DNA of 64,000 nucleotides from Babesia bigemina (Eukaryota): NCBI RefSeq assembly GCF_000981445.1, contig NC_027218.1, positions 3,224,001 to 3,288,000 of the forward strand, read 5' to 3'. Shown piece by piece: positions 23,634 to 35,347 of this stretch (position 1 is its first letter; each line of letters starts with the position of its first letter). The notes under the pieces were generated by a model. It saw only the letters and a program-made list of their open reading frames with translations, ran no database searches and was not told where the DNA came from. The position numbers and the translations under genes were made by a program.

Positions 23634-24774
23634 CTACTCGCCGCACGGCGCCCTCATACAACGGCGACACAGCCGCTCGCCAGAATCCGACGTCTCAGTG
23701 CAAGCGCTGTGGGAGCTGGAGCCGCACCTCTCACAGACGGTGTTCTGCATCCATGTGGAACGGTGGAAAAAAATCGCAAATGTAGTAAACACGGCGGGTG
23801 GAAAACGGAGCTGCAGATGTGCACGGCAGCTTGACGCATCGATGTACTCCCCGCAGTACTAGCGGTTGTTGTCACCGCTTACCATGCAAATGATCTTGCC
23901 GCCGCAAAACACACAGTCGGGGTGACCCGAAAGGTCATAATTTTCCAAAAACTCCTGCGACAGTGTGGCGCCGAGCCTGCCGACTTACCACATGAAACCG
24001 GACTCCGGGCATCAGCGCGGCGTGGGCCGGGTCCACAACCAGCCAGCCGTCTCGCTTGAACCGATCGGCTGAAAACGGTTAGCTGCCCTGATATATGCTA
24101 ACGACCTACCGAGAGCCTGCTGAGCAGCGCTGTCGCTGATGGCATGCCGCGAGCACAGCGACTTCCACGACGTTGCGCCCGCGGACGGGTCCGCCATTGG
24201 TAGGGGCGTTCCTGCAGCAACTGATGTCGAAGTGGAAGCCGGGCACCCACTCTCCCGGACGATGTGAGACATCGCATCTGCAAGGCCGTGTTACACACAT
24301 ACACACACAAACCCATGTAAACGGAGACCTCGCCAGATGTGAATTTGCAGTCAAACGCGCGAACGGAATCGGGCTGGCGACCCGTGGTTGTCTGCGAGGA
24401 ATGCGATGGGCTCATGTCACCCTCGTTGTCGGTGGAAGGACCGCCAGGCGCTCCGCCGTACGACGTGGATTCCAGGTCTTTCAGCACATAGTACGGGCTC
24501 CCGTTAAAGACGACGCGCTGCCGGACGATGTGAGCCGATGTGCCGCGAAACGAACCACCAACATGTAGCCTATGTCCGCAAGCGCGCGGTTGGCTTCCTG
24601 CACGAAGCCGTTCTTGCCACCGTAGTCGTGACCAGTGCCGCGCGATATGCCGCGCACGAGCCCGTCCACTACGTCGTCCTGCAAGAACTACACGTGAAAC
24701 GCGCACACCCGGCGACCGACCTTCGCAGCGAAGATACGCTGCAAAAACAACTGCACGCCAGCCTGGGAAGACAT
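23634..24774 (-). CDS. NSE1: SMC5/6 complex subunit NSE1-like (winged helix + RING-like), multi-exon; not visible as a single ORF
   Basis: Spliced: MSSQAGVQLFLQRIFAAK...EANRALADIGY...FTSGEVSVYM...DRFKRDGWL...RFH/EFLENYDLSGHPDCVFCGGKIICM/NTVCERCGSSSHSACTETSDSGERLCRRC (C4HC3-type RING); last intron 23745-23882. Confidence 0.72.
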
Positions 24775-24780
24775 GGTGGA

Positions 24781-26880
24781 TCATTGAACTATCATTTTGT
24801 GAGATATGAATTCTATGTGGCTCAGCGGCCCGTCGGCGCGCAGACGGTGAAGCAGCCGCTCGGTCGCCTTCAACATGTCCCACACTGCACAACGATGTCG
24901 CCACGGGCACCGGCACTTACCGTAGTCGGAGTCGAACCTGTGCAGCTCCTGGTTCGCCCAGTATATGGCGGCGGTCTGCGCTCGGATGGGCGGAACCGGA
25001 GCTCAACCAACCTGTATAATGTGCAAGGTGCCGGAGTTGCCCTCGAACAGGTCCTCGAACATCTCCATCCAGTACGCCGTGATAATGTAGACCATGCCCT
25101 CGATGTCGATGCGCACCTGGTCCTCAGACCGCCACACGTGGCCCACAGGCATGCGCACGTCGTCGATCCAGTTGGCGCCGTACTTCCGCACCATGTGCTT
25201 AGTCACGTACGGCTGCAGCCCCTCGCACAGCGAGTGGAAGATCGTCAGCACGTACTCCATCAGCTCAGTTTGCGATAGCGACTGCAAAAACGGCCGAGCG
25301 CGGCGGTCACGGGCCGACGACACCGTGCCGGCGTCGGACGCGTCGCGGAAAACCTCGGGGCGGTCACAGCGGAAGTACATCATCCGGGACTGGAACAGCA
25401 GCTTCTTGCTTTTTATGCCGCCCGGGATCGAGCTGCGCAGGTGGATGCGCTCGTCCGGCTGGAAGATCTTGCAGAAACGCTCGTTGCCGATTCCCCAATC
25501 GAGGTACAGTAGGCAGTTGGCCGAGACGGTGGGCATGTCCCGACGCTTGCCCAAAATCGCAGAGTTGAAGAAGTGCCTGGGGCTCTTCAGAAACAGGTCC
25601 GTCCCAATGCAACCGCCCATGTTCGCGGTCTCGTCGCCCTCGGTGCCGCCGATGCTCTCAGTGCGGAAGCCGACGCCGTCTCCGGCATTGTCGCAGCCGT
25701 GCTCGTGGTACCTCAGCAGCAGGTGCAGCACGTTGGTCACCGATATGGGGGGATGCTCGAACTTGGAATTGGTGGCGGGCTGCGATGCCGTGATGTGGTC
25801 AAAGGTGTGGTACCCCCGGGGGTCGACGGGCAGTGACATCACGTCCAGCATTTTGCTGGGCACGTTCGGCGATATGGCCTTCGCAGCCCACAGGTCAATG
25901 GCGGGAGGGACCACATCATAGATGTGGTACGTTAACGTCGCCTCGTTGAACGGCTCGAAGTGCTTTGCGATAGAGTACTTGCCCTTGGAGTGCACACCGC
26001 TGGCCACCATGGAGCCTATGGACGGCTGCTCCCAGCTGAAGTTCAGCGTGCCGCTCTCGCCCAGAATATTGTACACGCACTTGCCGCCGGTGCCGCCGAA
26101 GAAACCGGTGCTGCGCACGCCGAACTCGGTGCAGCACAGGTGAGGCAGGTCCTCGGCGGGGTACTCCACCCAGTGGCCGTCGTCGAGCGCGGTGCCGCCG
26201 TCGCCGAGCAGCAGCTTCATATGCTTCCCCGATAAATTCACGATGCGGATCAGAATTGACCGGTTGGACTTCCTCAGACGGTGCAGCCACGACGAGGTGC
26301 TCCATGACCACGTGAAGTCGTCCGGCAGCGACTCGTACACCTGGAAAGCCTCGATGCCGCCTTGGGCAACCTGGCATTTCAAGCCGTCATCCCGACGCAG
26401 CACGAGCTCCTCGATGCATTCCTTCAGACCCTTTATGTATAAACTGCCGTCCGCAGTCTCCTGAACGCGGACGCGGAACGTCTTGTTGAAACGGCCGCCG
26501 CTGCCGCAGTCCAAAATCTCGTGGTGGACCTTGAAGATCACGGGGCACGTGCTGTCCAGCCTAGCGGACATGCTCCGCGGAGACTGCCTGCACTCGCCCT
26601 CGGGCGCGAAAACCGCAGACAACACCTCATCGCCGCCAACACGTTCCAGCTTTATATGCAGCAGATAGCGCTCACGATTCAGAATCGCACCGTAGTTCAG
26701 AGTCAAGCACACGCCACTGAACGCGCGGCTGAAAGAGCAGGATATCGTAGCCTCCGAACCGCCAAAAACGCGCTCGGGCAGCCACGTATTCCACGAACCG
26801 TGCTTTATGCTGTGAGAATGACGGTGAATCACTATGCTAGTCTCGTTGCACAAAACGAACTGAAACACACGAGAGCCCAT
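24781..26880 (-). CDS. tandem aegerolysin/Cry34(ET79)-like domains plus C-terminal Swt1-like HEPN domain
   Basis: Two beta-sandwich repeats (RVFQFVLCNETS...HGSW...PERV; RSILIRIVNLSG...GHW...STGFFGGTGGKCVY...FSWEQPSIGS). Two short 3' introns add TAAIYWANQELHRFDSDY/VWDMLKATERLLHRLRA...VQ*. Confidence 0.7.
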
Positions 26881-26942
26881 GGTGAAGCACGCAAAGGCTC
26901 CATCGACGAAGCGCCGAAGGCGCGATGCCTACCACCGGAGCT

Positions 26943-29097
26943 CTACGAAATTATACGCTTCACCAGACTCAGGTCAAGCTCAAACACAGTCACTGCAATA
27001 ACATGAATATAGACACACAAAAAAGTACCCGGCAGCTGGATGTGGAAGCGGCGTAGCACGTCAGGGTGGACCACACCCATGGTGCCCAGGGACACACTCG
27101 GACTCGCAGACGTCACCAACTTCACGGCACGACCCGGCATGAACGCGCCGTCTGCAACGCAATAATCAAGACAGCAGATATGGACCCACCGTCTACCTCC
27201 TCCAGGCGGTACAGGTGCTTCCATGTCTCGGGAATAGGGGTGTGGCTCTCTCCGAACTCCCATTTCTGGTACTCGCTGTAGAACCCCAGCTCGTTCAGCA
27301 GTATCTCGGACACGCCTTGGACCTCCTGAGTGGCGGTTAAAAGCTGGTTAGAGTGGACGCATTGCCGCCGGCAGCGGAAAATAGGGGCCTCAGACTCGTA
27401 GACGCCATCAGCCCACGTCACAATAAGCAGCTCACTAGTAGACACCCACCTCCAGACCGGCAGTAGAGCTGTTCGCGTAGCCGCACGCCACGTTCGTGTT
27501 GTTCATGGCGGAGACGTCGTTGCCCTCGTGGCGCCACACGACGTCGCCGACCTCGAACACCTGGATGGGCAGAGCGGCGCCCTTCAAATTGGCGATTGTG
27601 CGCAGGATGCCGGGGATCAGCGACACGCGGCAGGCCTCGAGCTCCGATATTTTAGAGTTCTTCAGCAGCACGGGGCGGCGGGGGGAGGAGGCGGCGGGCT
27701 CATGCCAGCCCATGCGCTCGTACATGGTCTTCAGCGAGTCCAAGATGGGCATCAGCGTCTCCTTGTACCCGCAGCTAAACAGCACGTCGCGAACCGCGCG
27801 TGACATGTAGGTCACAGTTTTCAGGCGGCCCATCGGGAACGAGTGCTTCGCGATGCTGTTGTAGCCAAACGCGATGGCGATGTCCTCGCCGATGTCGCAC
27901 GCATGCTGGATGTCGGGGCGGCTGATCGGGACGCTCGCCTCGATGGTGCCCTTGTCAGGGTTGAACTCGCAGTCGATCATCATGCGCTTCAGGTACATGC
28001 ACGCGTCCTCGCCAGTCAGGCCCGGCACGCCGATCAGGTTGCGCAGGTACGCGAGGTCGGCATCCAGGTGGCGCGGGCTCAGGTCTGGCGATAGAACCAG
28101 ACCGTCGGAGTACTTCGTGAAGTACGGCTCCACAGTGAACGGATCGGCGCAGTATTGCGAGAAGCAGTGGATCAGCATGTTCAGGCAGATGTTGCCCTTC
28201 ACGCGGTCCGTGGCCGTCACCTCGATGAACAGGTTGCGCGTGTCCACGGTGACCTTCGTGTACGCGGAGTTGGTGATGGGCGGCCACGAGCACACCTTGC
28301 CGGTCGCGTCGCGGAGCACCGGGTACAGCTCGAGGCCATCCAGGATCTTCAGGTACGGCTGACGCCAATCAGACACTGGAAACGGGCACTCACCTTGAGG
28401 TGGTTGTTGGTCTCATTGTAGTGCTTCACAAGCTCGGCCGCGCTGTAGTCGCGGCTCGCGTCGCACAGCGGCGCGAACACGATGTCCTCGGGGCGCTCAA
28501 GGCCGTACACCAGCGGCTCCACTATGCGGTCCATGTCGTGAGTGCCGATGGCGGCCAGCGTCCGCTTGCGGCACAGGTTCTGGTGGAGCTTGCTCTGCAG
28601 GTCCATCAGGCTCGTGTACGACTGCTGAGTCAGTTTCACGCCGCGCAGGCACGCCGCGAAGATGTACGGGCGAGTGAACTTCGGCTGCGAGGCACATGAC
28701 AAACACGACAGCGAAAACGCCCTCACCTCGGGCAGCGCCTCCACATACGCGGTTTCGCGCGGGGACTGGCACGAGTAGCGCACAGTAGGCGCTGGCTTGT
28801 CCCATCGGTACGCCAGCAGCGCGGTCACCAGGCCCTCGAGGCACAGCAGGTCGTACCTGCGCTCAATGTGCCAAAAGACAAGGTAAAAACCAACCGGTTC
28901 GCGGGAATCTCAATCTTAATCACCTCCACGCCGTTCTCGTCAAGCAGACACTCCTCGTACTCCACGCCGAAGCTGAAGCACAGCTCTTCCAGCTCCGCGA
29001 GCGCTGAGCGCGGATGACGCGGCGCGACGAAAAACCTACTCAGAGAGCCGCCCAGGCGGCGCAAAAACTCGTCCTTCGGCACAGAAACGGTAGGCAT
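26943..29097 (-). CDS. FARSB: cytosolic phenylalanyl-tRNA synthetase beta subunit (multi-exon)
   Basis: MPTVSV, KIEIPANR/YDLLCLEG, DLQSKLHQNLCRKRTLAAIGTHD, SWPPITNS, RPDIQHACDIGEDIAIAFGYN, MGVVHPDVL. Confidence 0.96.
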
Positions 29098-29423
29098 CGT
29101 GGATCACACTGAACGACGACGCCGACGACGACCGAGCAGCGCGAACGATGGGGACCCCGGATGTGTAACGACGGCCGCCGACGGGAGATGCGACGCAGAG
29201 ACGCACAGCGCCCTACACAGAGGCACGGCGGATGAATATGCGGGCTATGAGTGGGTTAACTCGGCCGACAGCGCGGAGAATCCCGGGCGGCAGCCTTGCT
29301 GAGGCGCCGCTGCGCCGGCGGCGATAACAGCGGACACCAGAGCCACGGCGATGCGGCGATGGCGATAGACAGGCACGCAGGCAGACGGTATCATGTGCAT
29401 GGTGATATTGACGACGATGTTGC

Positions 29424-31163
29424 TCAAATCTTGTCGGGACGACGCATGGCCACCATCTCGTGACGCATGGCGATGGCCTTGCGACGAGCCTCCTCGTAAC
29501 CCAGCTTTATCGAACTGAACCCCTGAGTCTTGCGCTTGTTACCCTTCATGTACACCACGCGCCACAGGTGGCGGTTGGTGTCGTACCACACGCCGCTCAC
29601 CTTCTCGCCGGTGTGGTTCGCAGCCGGGTTCGACTTCTTCTTGCTCGACTTCGGAGTGGTGTGATGCGGGCGACCGTCGGTGCCGGAGTCGACGGACGTG
29701 GTGCGCGAGGGCACGAAACGCCCGTACTCGTTGCGCGAAGGCATCTCTATCTCAGCGGCAGAGTCACCCGCTGGGATGCTAGACGTCTTCTTGTGCTTCG
29801 CCGGAGGGTCCACCTCACCTAGCATGTCGTTGTTGTACGGGGAGTCCTCGTAGCTCGTCTGCACGTAGTACTCGGAGCTTGGGGACTCCTCGCGCCGCTC
29901 GGAGAACTCGGCGGGGATCGACGACGAACGCTTCACGAACTCGCCGCTGTTGCTGGAGATGCTCTCCCGAGCGCTGCTGAACCCGCCCTTGTTGTGGTGC
30001 TGCACGGAACGCGACTTCAGCCGACGAAAGTTGGTGCTATCGGCGCACGCGCGCGGCACCGTCTTGTAGCTCTCGACCACGCAGTCCAGACGACGCACCA
30101 GCGACTGCAGGTGCGACGACCCGGAGACGGGCCAGTGCTCAGTGGACGGCTCGAGCTCGGACGTAACCAGGGGGCACCCGCTAACGTGGCAGTTGCCGCC
30201 GCAAGGACGAGACATGTTGCAGCCGCACGTCTGCACGTTAGAGTCCGAGCCCACGTACACGCAGTAGTTGGACGCAACGGAGTAGTTGTTGCACATGCGC
30301 GTGTCCTTGTTGGACAGAGTAGGCGTAAAGAACAGCTCGGAGTCGTACGCTTGAGCGTCAGAACTCTGAAAGTACTGGGTCGGCAGCGAACTGTCGGCGG
30401 GGGAGGTGCCACGCTGTTCGAGCGACGAGCCCGCGGGGGGGGTGGTGACGCGCATACCGCCGATACCGAACCCGGAAAAATCAGAACGAGTGCATTCAGA
30501 AGATGGGCGGGTGAAGCTCGACTCCATCGACTGGCATAGCTGGCTGGTGGCACGCACAAAGTTCTCCAAGTGGTGATTGGGCTCGATGAAGGTACCCTGC
30601 CGCGTGAAAGGTTGGCACGGGGTATCCACCTGGCGGAAACGCGGAGTCAAGCCGTAACGTGAGAAGTCATCCATGATGCTAGATGCCTCGGGAGTGCTCA
30701 GAGGACGTATTGACGGGTGAACGGCGTCCACAGAACCCTCCTCAGAAATGGGCGTGAAACCGCGGAAACCGCACGTCGAACCGACGCAACGACCATTACC
30801 GTATGTGTTTACATAATGGTCAAGACAATCGCCCGGGTATTCGGTATCCGCAAACAAATTGGTTTCAATCGCCATGTCGACAGTGTCCACGTCGGCGAAA
30901 CCGTCGGTGAAGGAGCTCCTGCAACCCGTGCGATCACCATAGTAGTTAGCGTCGGAAGGGTACGACTCGACGTTGCCGAAACTGTCATCGACCAGCGATG
31001 TCGACCGCTGAGTAGTCGTCTCGTCGTACGGCTCGAACGAAAGGCTCTCGCCTTCCTTGGTACCCAACGACCCCTCCGCTCCTGCGCATTTCTCGAGCGG
31101 TAGCGACGGAGCCATATCGCCGTACGAACCGTACGGATTCAAGCCAGACGAGTTATGCGACAT
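29424..31163 (-). CDS. ApiAP2 transcription factor with a single C-terminal AP2 domain (~579 aa)
   Basis: KVSGVWYDTNRHLWRVVYMKGNKRKTQGFSSIKLGYEEARRKAIAMRHEM after a long Ser-rich disordered region. Confidence 0.93.
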   Translation of the reverse strand: MSHNSSGLNPYGSYGDMAPSLPLEKCAGAEGSLGTKEGESLSFEPYDETTTQRSTSLVDDSFGNVESYPSDANYYGDRTGCRSSFTDGFADVDTVDMAIETNLFADTEYPGDCLDHYVNTYGNGRCVGSTCGFRGFTPISEEGSVDAVHPSIRPLSTPEASSIMDDFSRYGLTPRFRQVDTPCQPFTRQGTFIEPNHHLENFVRATSQLCQSMESSFTRPSSECTRSDFSGFGIGGMRVTTPPAGSSLEQRGTSPADSSLPTQYFQSSDAQAYDSELFFTPTLSNKDTRMCNNYSVASNYCVYVGSDSNVQTCGCNMSRPCGGNCHVSGCPLVTSELEPSTEHWPVSGSSHLQSLVRRLDCVVESYKTVPRACADSTNFRRLKSRSVQHHNKGGFSSARESISSNSGEFVKRSSSIPAEFSERREESPSSEYYVQTSYEDSPYNNDMLGEVDPPAKHKKTSSIPAGDSAAEIEMPSRNEYGRFVPSRTTSVDSGTDGRPHHTTPKSSKKKSNPAANHTGEKVSGVWYDTNRHLWRVVYMKGNKRKTQGFSSIKLGYEEARRKAIAMRHEMVAMRRPDKI

Positions 31164-33000
31164 CCCTGGATAAGACAAACGACCTCTGGAAAAGGACCGA
31201 GTGAACGTCAGAGCAGTGAATGGTATCCTAATCCAATAAAGCGTCAGAAACTCAGTGTATCTCCTGAACGGGCACAAACAGAAACGATGTAGTGAACGAT
31301 TTCAACGTAAGTGCAAGGCTGTAGTGAATAACCGAAAGGAAACTGCGACCGAGTGCGCGGCTGGTCAGACAGCAGTGATGATTACGCGCAACCCAGAGTG
31401 GAGACGGGTACAAAAGAGCCAAAGCAAGCTATAACTTCATATCGACGCAACATGCAACTCTTCACGCCGATTAAACCTGTTCTCAAACGAGACGAATGCA
31501 CGTTAAAGAGATATTCTTCTAGCAACCAACGTTAGCCTCAACACGCACGCCGAAAGCTACCAAGTTGGAGCCCAGACTGGAGAACTCAAATGAATGTACA
31601 AGTACCGAATGGCCGTAGGACGCTGCGCAAAAGGTTACGCAACCCCACGAAGAATGGCAGTGACCAACTCACTGGTCACACGAGCAGAACTATCTTTAAG
31701 CCAAAAAAAGATATCCCAACCGTTTGTTGTAGCCTATACAATAATGTAAACTAAACTGAAGAGCGACCCTGAATCAGCACTTTAGCAAAAACTGATGGAG
31801 CGGCGTGCCCTGTTGAAACAAAAGGCACAGGAAAGAAACACGAATCGGATGGTGCCCTGTAACTCTCGCAAAGGATCCTTGGAAGAAACTTGCCAGAGAA
31901 GAAAAACGGAAAATCCTAGGAGAAACAGCTATTAAACAACGTAAGAAGGCAAAGTGACGCACGGGAAACGAAACAAGCCGAAACCAATAACGACACTGCC
32001 ATTAAATACCAAAATCTCAGAAGGCGGGTCGACTCGCCAAGCGCACCTCCGGGAGCGAAGATCAACGCGTGAGTGGGTAGGTGATCTCCAGGCGACCCGA
32101 TGATTGTGCCCTAAAGACACCCCCTCAGCAGGGCCGGGAAGACAACCGGGAGGCCGACCTTCAAAACCTAAAATGATACGCCCTTCATATTCCCTGTGGA
32201 CACAGAAATCATACAATAAAAACCAAAAGCCAAAATGTGTAGCACAGCCTCAAGGCGTCACGGCGTAACGTGATGAGTCGCCGCAACCAGGCCGGCTCAG
32301 GAAGAAACGCAAAAAGATCAAAGAACAACGGGGTAGAACAATCTCCCTAGCGCTCCGCAGAGGACGCGCGACGTAAGTTGTGACGGGCGCAGCCGGACCT
32401 GTCCTTCCCCCGATAGTCACGACCCTACGCGTTATGGTGTCAGCAGACACCATGTCACAAATGGCAGTCCTGGCAGCGGCGTACGCTCGCACACTTGATA
32501 GAAACGGTCGCGTTATTATCTGGAGGATTTAGGGCTGCCGTCTGACAACGAGGGCAACGGCGCTAAGCCTTCCGTAGCGGCAGCCGCTCACGATCCTAGG
32601 ACGAAATTGTCGACGTATGTGCGGCATACCCGACACAAACGGGCGTCACGGGCCGTATAGTTGTAGCACTGTATAGAAGACATATACGGCGGCTATATTG
32701 ACAGGATGTGTGCACGGAATCGCAGTCTTCCAGCGCAGCCTTTAGGAAGGCAAAGTAGGAGCGTTTGGCGCACTGCCGGACATGTGCGAGGCGGCCGCGG
32801 CCGTAAAACTAACTCACATAGGGAGCACGCTGACAGCCGATTGAACGTGCTAATCTATGGAAGGAGACGCTCTCGGTGACCCTGGGAGTGTGTTGCTCCT
32901 CGTTGCACTGCCCGGGGCGTTGTCTCCGCGCTTATCCGTAACGGAAACCCATCGCAAAGTGCAAAGTGATTTAGTGTACTTAAGTAGTGACAAGTGTCGC

Positions 33001-35347
33001 TCAACGCGGGCGCCCGGACGCACGTTTCAGAACCGCAGCGACCGGGGCGGCGCCAGACACGGACGATGGAACGCGGTGGCTTGTTGCCGAGCCCGGTTCA
33101 TCGAAATGTACCTCAAAGCCGTCCAGAATCGGGTACTTGCGTGGCACAACGGTTGCGGCGCCGTGCTGCTCCGTATCGTCCAGCAGAAAGGCTGCAAGGG
33201 GTGTGTCGCTGATGTCTATTTCCCTGCAAACAGTGCCGTCACTAACGCATAGAAAACTAACATCAACGACTCCGGAACGAAAATGGGTGTACATTGGTCC
33301 ATAGAATCCAGCGGATTCCCTGATAGGTCGAGCCTGAAGCAGCATATAACACGCCGGTGCTACGAGTGTAAAACACACCGTCTCAGCCTCGATAGGTTGC
33401 GCAAAACTTCAAGCGTGCTTGACAGACGCTTAAGCCCGTTGCGAGCCAGCGATATCGTGTGGAGTCGCAGTAGAAGGCAGATTCCGATGTCGATGAGGGA
33501 GCTGCGAAACCTTAGGCGCACGCATAACATGTCACCCACCCTTCGCACAGCGAGTTGTCGCTCAAATCCAACTCTTCTAGCGTGAAATGAGGGCTCAGTG
33601 CTCGGTAAGGTAGCCTCCGGATGCCCATGCCGCTCAGACTTGCGGAGGTGGAGCCCGCTGCCGCACTTGCGTCGAGGGCGCTTTGCACCTTGGCTACCAG
33701 CAACATGTCGCTGTGGAGGCGTGCTCTAATGTCGTCTATGCGCGTTACATGCTGGTAGCACTCGTCTGCGTCGCTTGGTTGCCCGAGATGGCGGCGGATC
33801 TTGTGTCTGACGCACATAGTAACACGATAAACGCAACACACCTGGCGAGATGGAGATACTTAGACTCGGTTCCCATACCCACCAGCGTGTCGATCATCTC
33901 CAGCTGCTGCTCCAGTATGGCGGGGGTGATGTCTTTACCGAGGGACACTATGCGTGACGAACCAGGCAGGAGCACGGGTGCACGTAAGACACCGGACAAG
34001 TCCTCCCATCCACTGCAGCTGGCCATGTTGCTGCGCATGAACTCTAAGGAATCCAGGTCTATGGGCAGTTCTCCGGATTCTGACAGATGAAGCTTGTACC
34101 GTAGGCACAAAAGACACGGCGGTGGGTTCGGCACGTCTCGGGTGTCGGATGTCCTGTTGCACTTAGGCAGGTGGCGCAGATGGGAGTAAAACGACTCCAC
34201 GGTTCGCTCGTCGGTCTCTACCATCAGCGACGGGGAGATGCACGTAGATGGGTTCGTGCTAAGCGGTGCCGTTAAGGTGAATCTCCAAGCATACTCCGGA
34301 ACAGAGATTGAACTCAACCTGGAGGTAGATGCGGCAAGGTGAGACGAGCAAACATACCTGCTTTGGCGAGGTGACGAGCTCACAGCCGACCAGCTTCCGT
34401 CTAACTTAGCATGGTTGCCTGAGCGCAAACGTTTTGGGGATGGCAACTGACGGCTTACCATCTGGAGAGGTGACGCTGATGAAGCTGTCGGTTGTCGACA
34501 GGCTGACGCATTCGTTGAAGAAGAACACGAAACTCTGTGACTCCTCAAAGTAGCAGCAGCGCACCAGATAGTAGCGCAGAGCGTTGCGGCGGTACAGCAG
34601 CCAGTCGAAATGGTGCCACAGGCACTGGTCGTTCGGGTCAGTGTAGATGGCGGGGGTCAAATTATCCAAATCGTCCGAAACGCAGCCGCAGTTCTCGGAC
34701 AGCATTCCGCGATGGAACCACGCGGAATAGTTGGAGAAGTTCTTCTCAATGAGCTTGCTGAACTCGGTGTAACACAGCTTGTCCACGGGAAGGGGGGGAA
34801 CGTTGGCGCTATCGCTCTCCAACAGCTTGAGGTAGTGGCGCACGTAGTTAAGGTGGCCCCAGCCATGGAAGTTGCGGCCGTCCAAGCGGAAGAGCATCAT
34901 ACAGAGTGAAAGCTCCTTACGCAAAATATCGCCCACATCCTCACACCGCATGTTGAACATGAGAGTCAATACCCACAGGCGCTGCTGCCACACGGCGTAG
35001 CATTTGGGCGAAGTTTTCAGCACGGATTCGCTGAACGACAGCTCGTCAGCCAGCAGTGCGCGCAGGCGCTCCTCGCCCAAACGCGGCTGCAAAAAGTAGT
35101 TCTTGCGATAATGCCAAGATGGATAGAACTCCGGCATGAAATCGATTATCGCAGTCGACAGTGCGAACATGCGGTCGGCTTCATCGGCATCCTCAAGAAC
35201 ACCGCAGGACGGTGACACGGTTGAGTCGCTCTCACGGACGCTGGCGACAAAGGAATCCAGCAACTTGAACCCCTTTTCAAGTTTATTGGCAAACGCCTTC
35301 TCCTCCTCGGGAGTCTTGTAGACGTCCTCCCGGCGGATTCCGTGCAT
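33001..35347 (-). CDS. RABGGTA: Rab geranylgeranyltransferase (GGTase II) alpha subunit with C-terminal LRRs (multi-exon)
   Basis: MHGIRRED start; PPTA repeats PEFYPSWHYR, PKCYAVWQQR, DGRNFHGWGH, NFSNYSAWFHR, AIYTDPNDQCLW; LRR-like LEELDLSDNSL. Confidence 0.9.

Noticed and set aside
23654..23875. 73-aa ORF as the NSE1 last exon
   Set aside because: An alternative frame after the acceptor at 23745 gives a complete RING Cys/His pattern; this ORF does not.
29424..31163. Assignment as AP2-G
   Set aside because: The AP2 domain does not match the AP2-G domain sequence as I recall it; specific orthology needs a search.
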